Shown: positions 32,390-32,878 of the stretch, in pieces
Layout of the letters: every line of letters begins with the position of its first letter
Position numbering within the stretch: the stretch's first letter is position 1
IMG/VR virus record: IMGVR_UViG_3300032290_000887
Location: 1 to 32,878 of that record
Origin: a virus
Lineage: Duplodnaviria > Caudoviricetes
Direction: 5' to 3' (one strand)
Length of the DNA stretch: 32,878 nt
Made by a program: the position numbers and the translations under genes
Notes under the pieces: model-generated
The model's database searches: none
What the model was told of the DNA's origin: nothing
Seen by the model: only the letters and a program-made list of their open reading frames with translations

Positions 32390-32670
32390 ATAAGTTTCTC
32401 TAATCTAAGTGTTTTGACCTGATTATCAGGTAGAACAAAGGCTCTTGCTCTGAATGATGCTGTACCTGAAAGTATATCTTCAGATTTAGTAAACTCAATA
32501 AGTTTAAGCTCAATCATGCCTTCAGCTATTTTATGTGCAAGTCTTTGTTTGATTTCATTTTCGGTCATGGTTCGACCAATTGTATCATAGTCACGAAGTT
32601 CCCATCGGCAAATTAAGGCCTTGCCGATGAGGTCAAATGATTTGATTTCTATTTGAGGGAGATTGTTCAT
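32386..32670 (-). CDS. Hypothetical protein
   Basis: AGGA RBS; ATGA overlap. Confidence 0.65.
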   Translation of the reverse strand: MNNLPQIEIKSFDLIGKALICRWELRDYDTIGRTMTENEIKQRLAHKIAEGMIELKLIEFTKSEDILSGTASFRARAFVLPDNQVKTLRLEKLI

Positions 32671-32731
32671 AATATAGTCCTAGTATTCATCCATTATATA
32701 CTCACCACATACTTATTGCGGCATATGTGAT

Positions 32732-32756
32732 AAACCCACCGTCAATGGTGGGTTTA
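32732..32756. terminator. Probable intrinsic terminator hairpin
   Basis: AAACCCACC...GGTGGGTTT inverted repeat after a partial ORF ending near 32771. Confidence 0.55.
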
Positions 32757-32878
32757 ATTTGAATAATTGCCTATGCTGACAGTTCTTCTTGTGCGTCTTG
32801 TGAGGTCACAAAGTTAATATACTTTACTGCCTCATCCTCTTCGGTAAAATACCGAACGATGGTCTGTCCGGTATATAA

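Overview
Segment of a large T4-like (myovirus) phage genome, almost all on the minus strand. Left to right: the 5' part of T4-type RNase H and hypotheticals; a small + strand cluster of membrane/lipoprotein genes behind a T4 late promoter; a five-gene envelope operon (CsgF, CsgG, curlin-like protein, FecR-domain protein, CHASE2 adenylate cyclase); an array of 26 tRNAs covering all 20 amino acids, interleaved with a Ro60/TROVE-like vWA protein, a YkuK RNase H-like protein, a metallophosphoesterase and several unannotated structured RNAs; then a long early region of small ORFs driven by repeated sigma70-type promoters, each with a TGTTG-N8-CAACA palindrome. Most striking: (1) the tRNA array starts behind a classical attenuator whose 42-codon leader peptide contains all 20 amino acids, a possible sensor of tRNA depletion; (2) a family of CAGCAA hairpin RNAs plus a tRNA mimic lies next to the Ro60-like gene; (3) the curli-pore/FecR/cyclase operon may be a trans-envelope signalling system. 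All calls were made by eye, without database searches.
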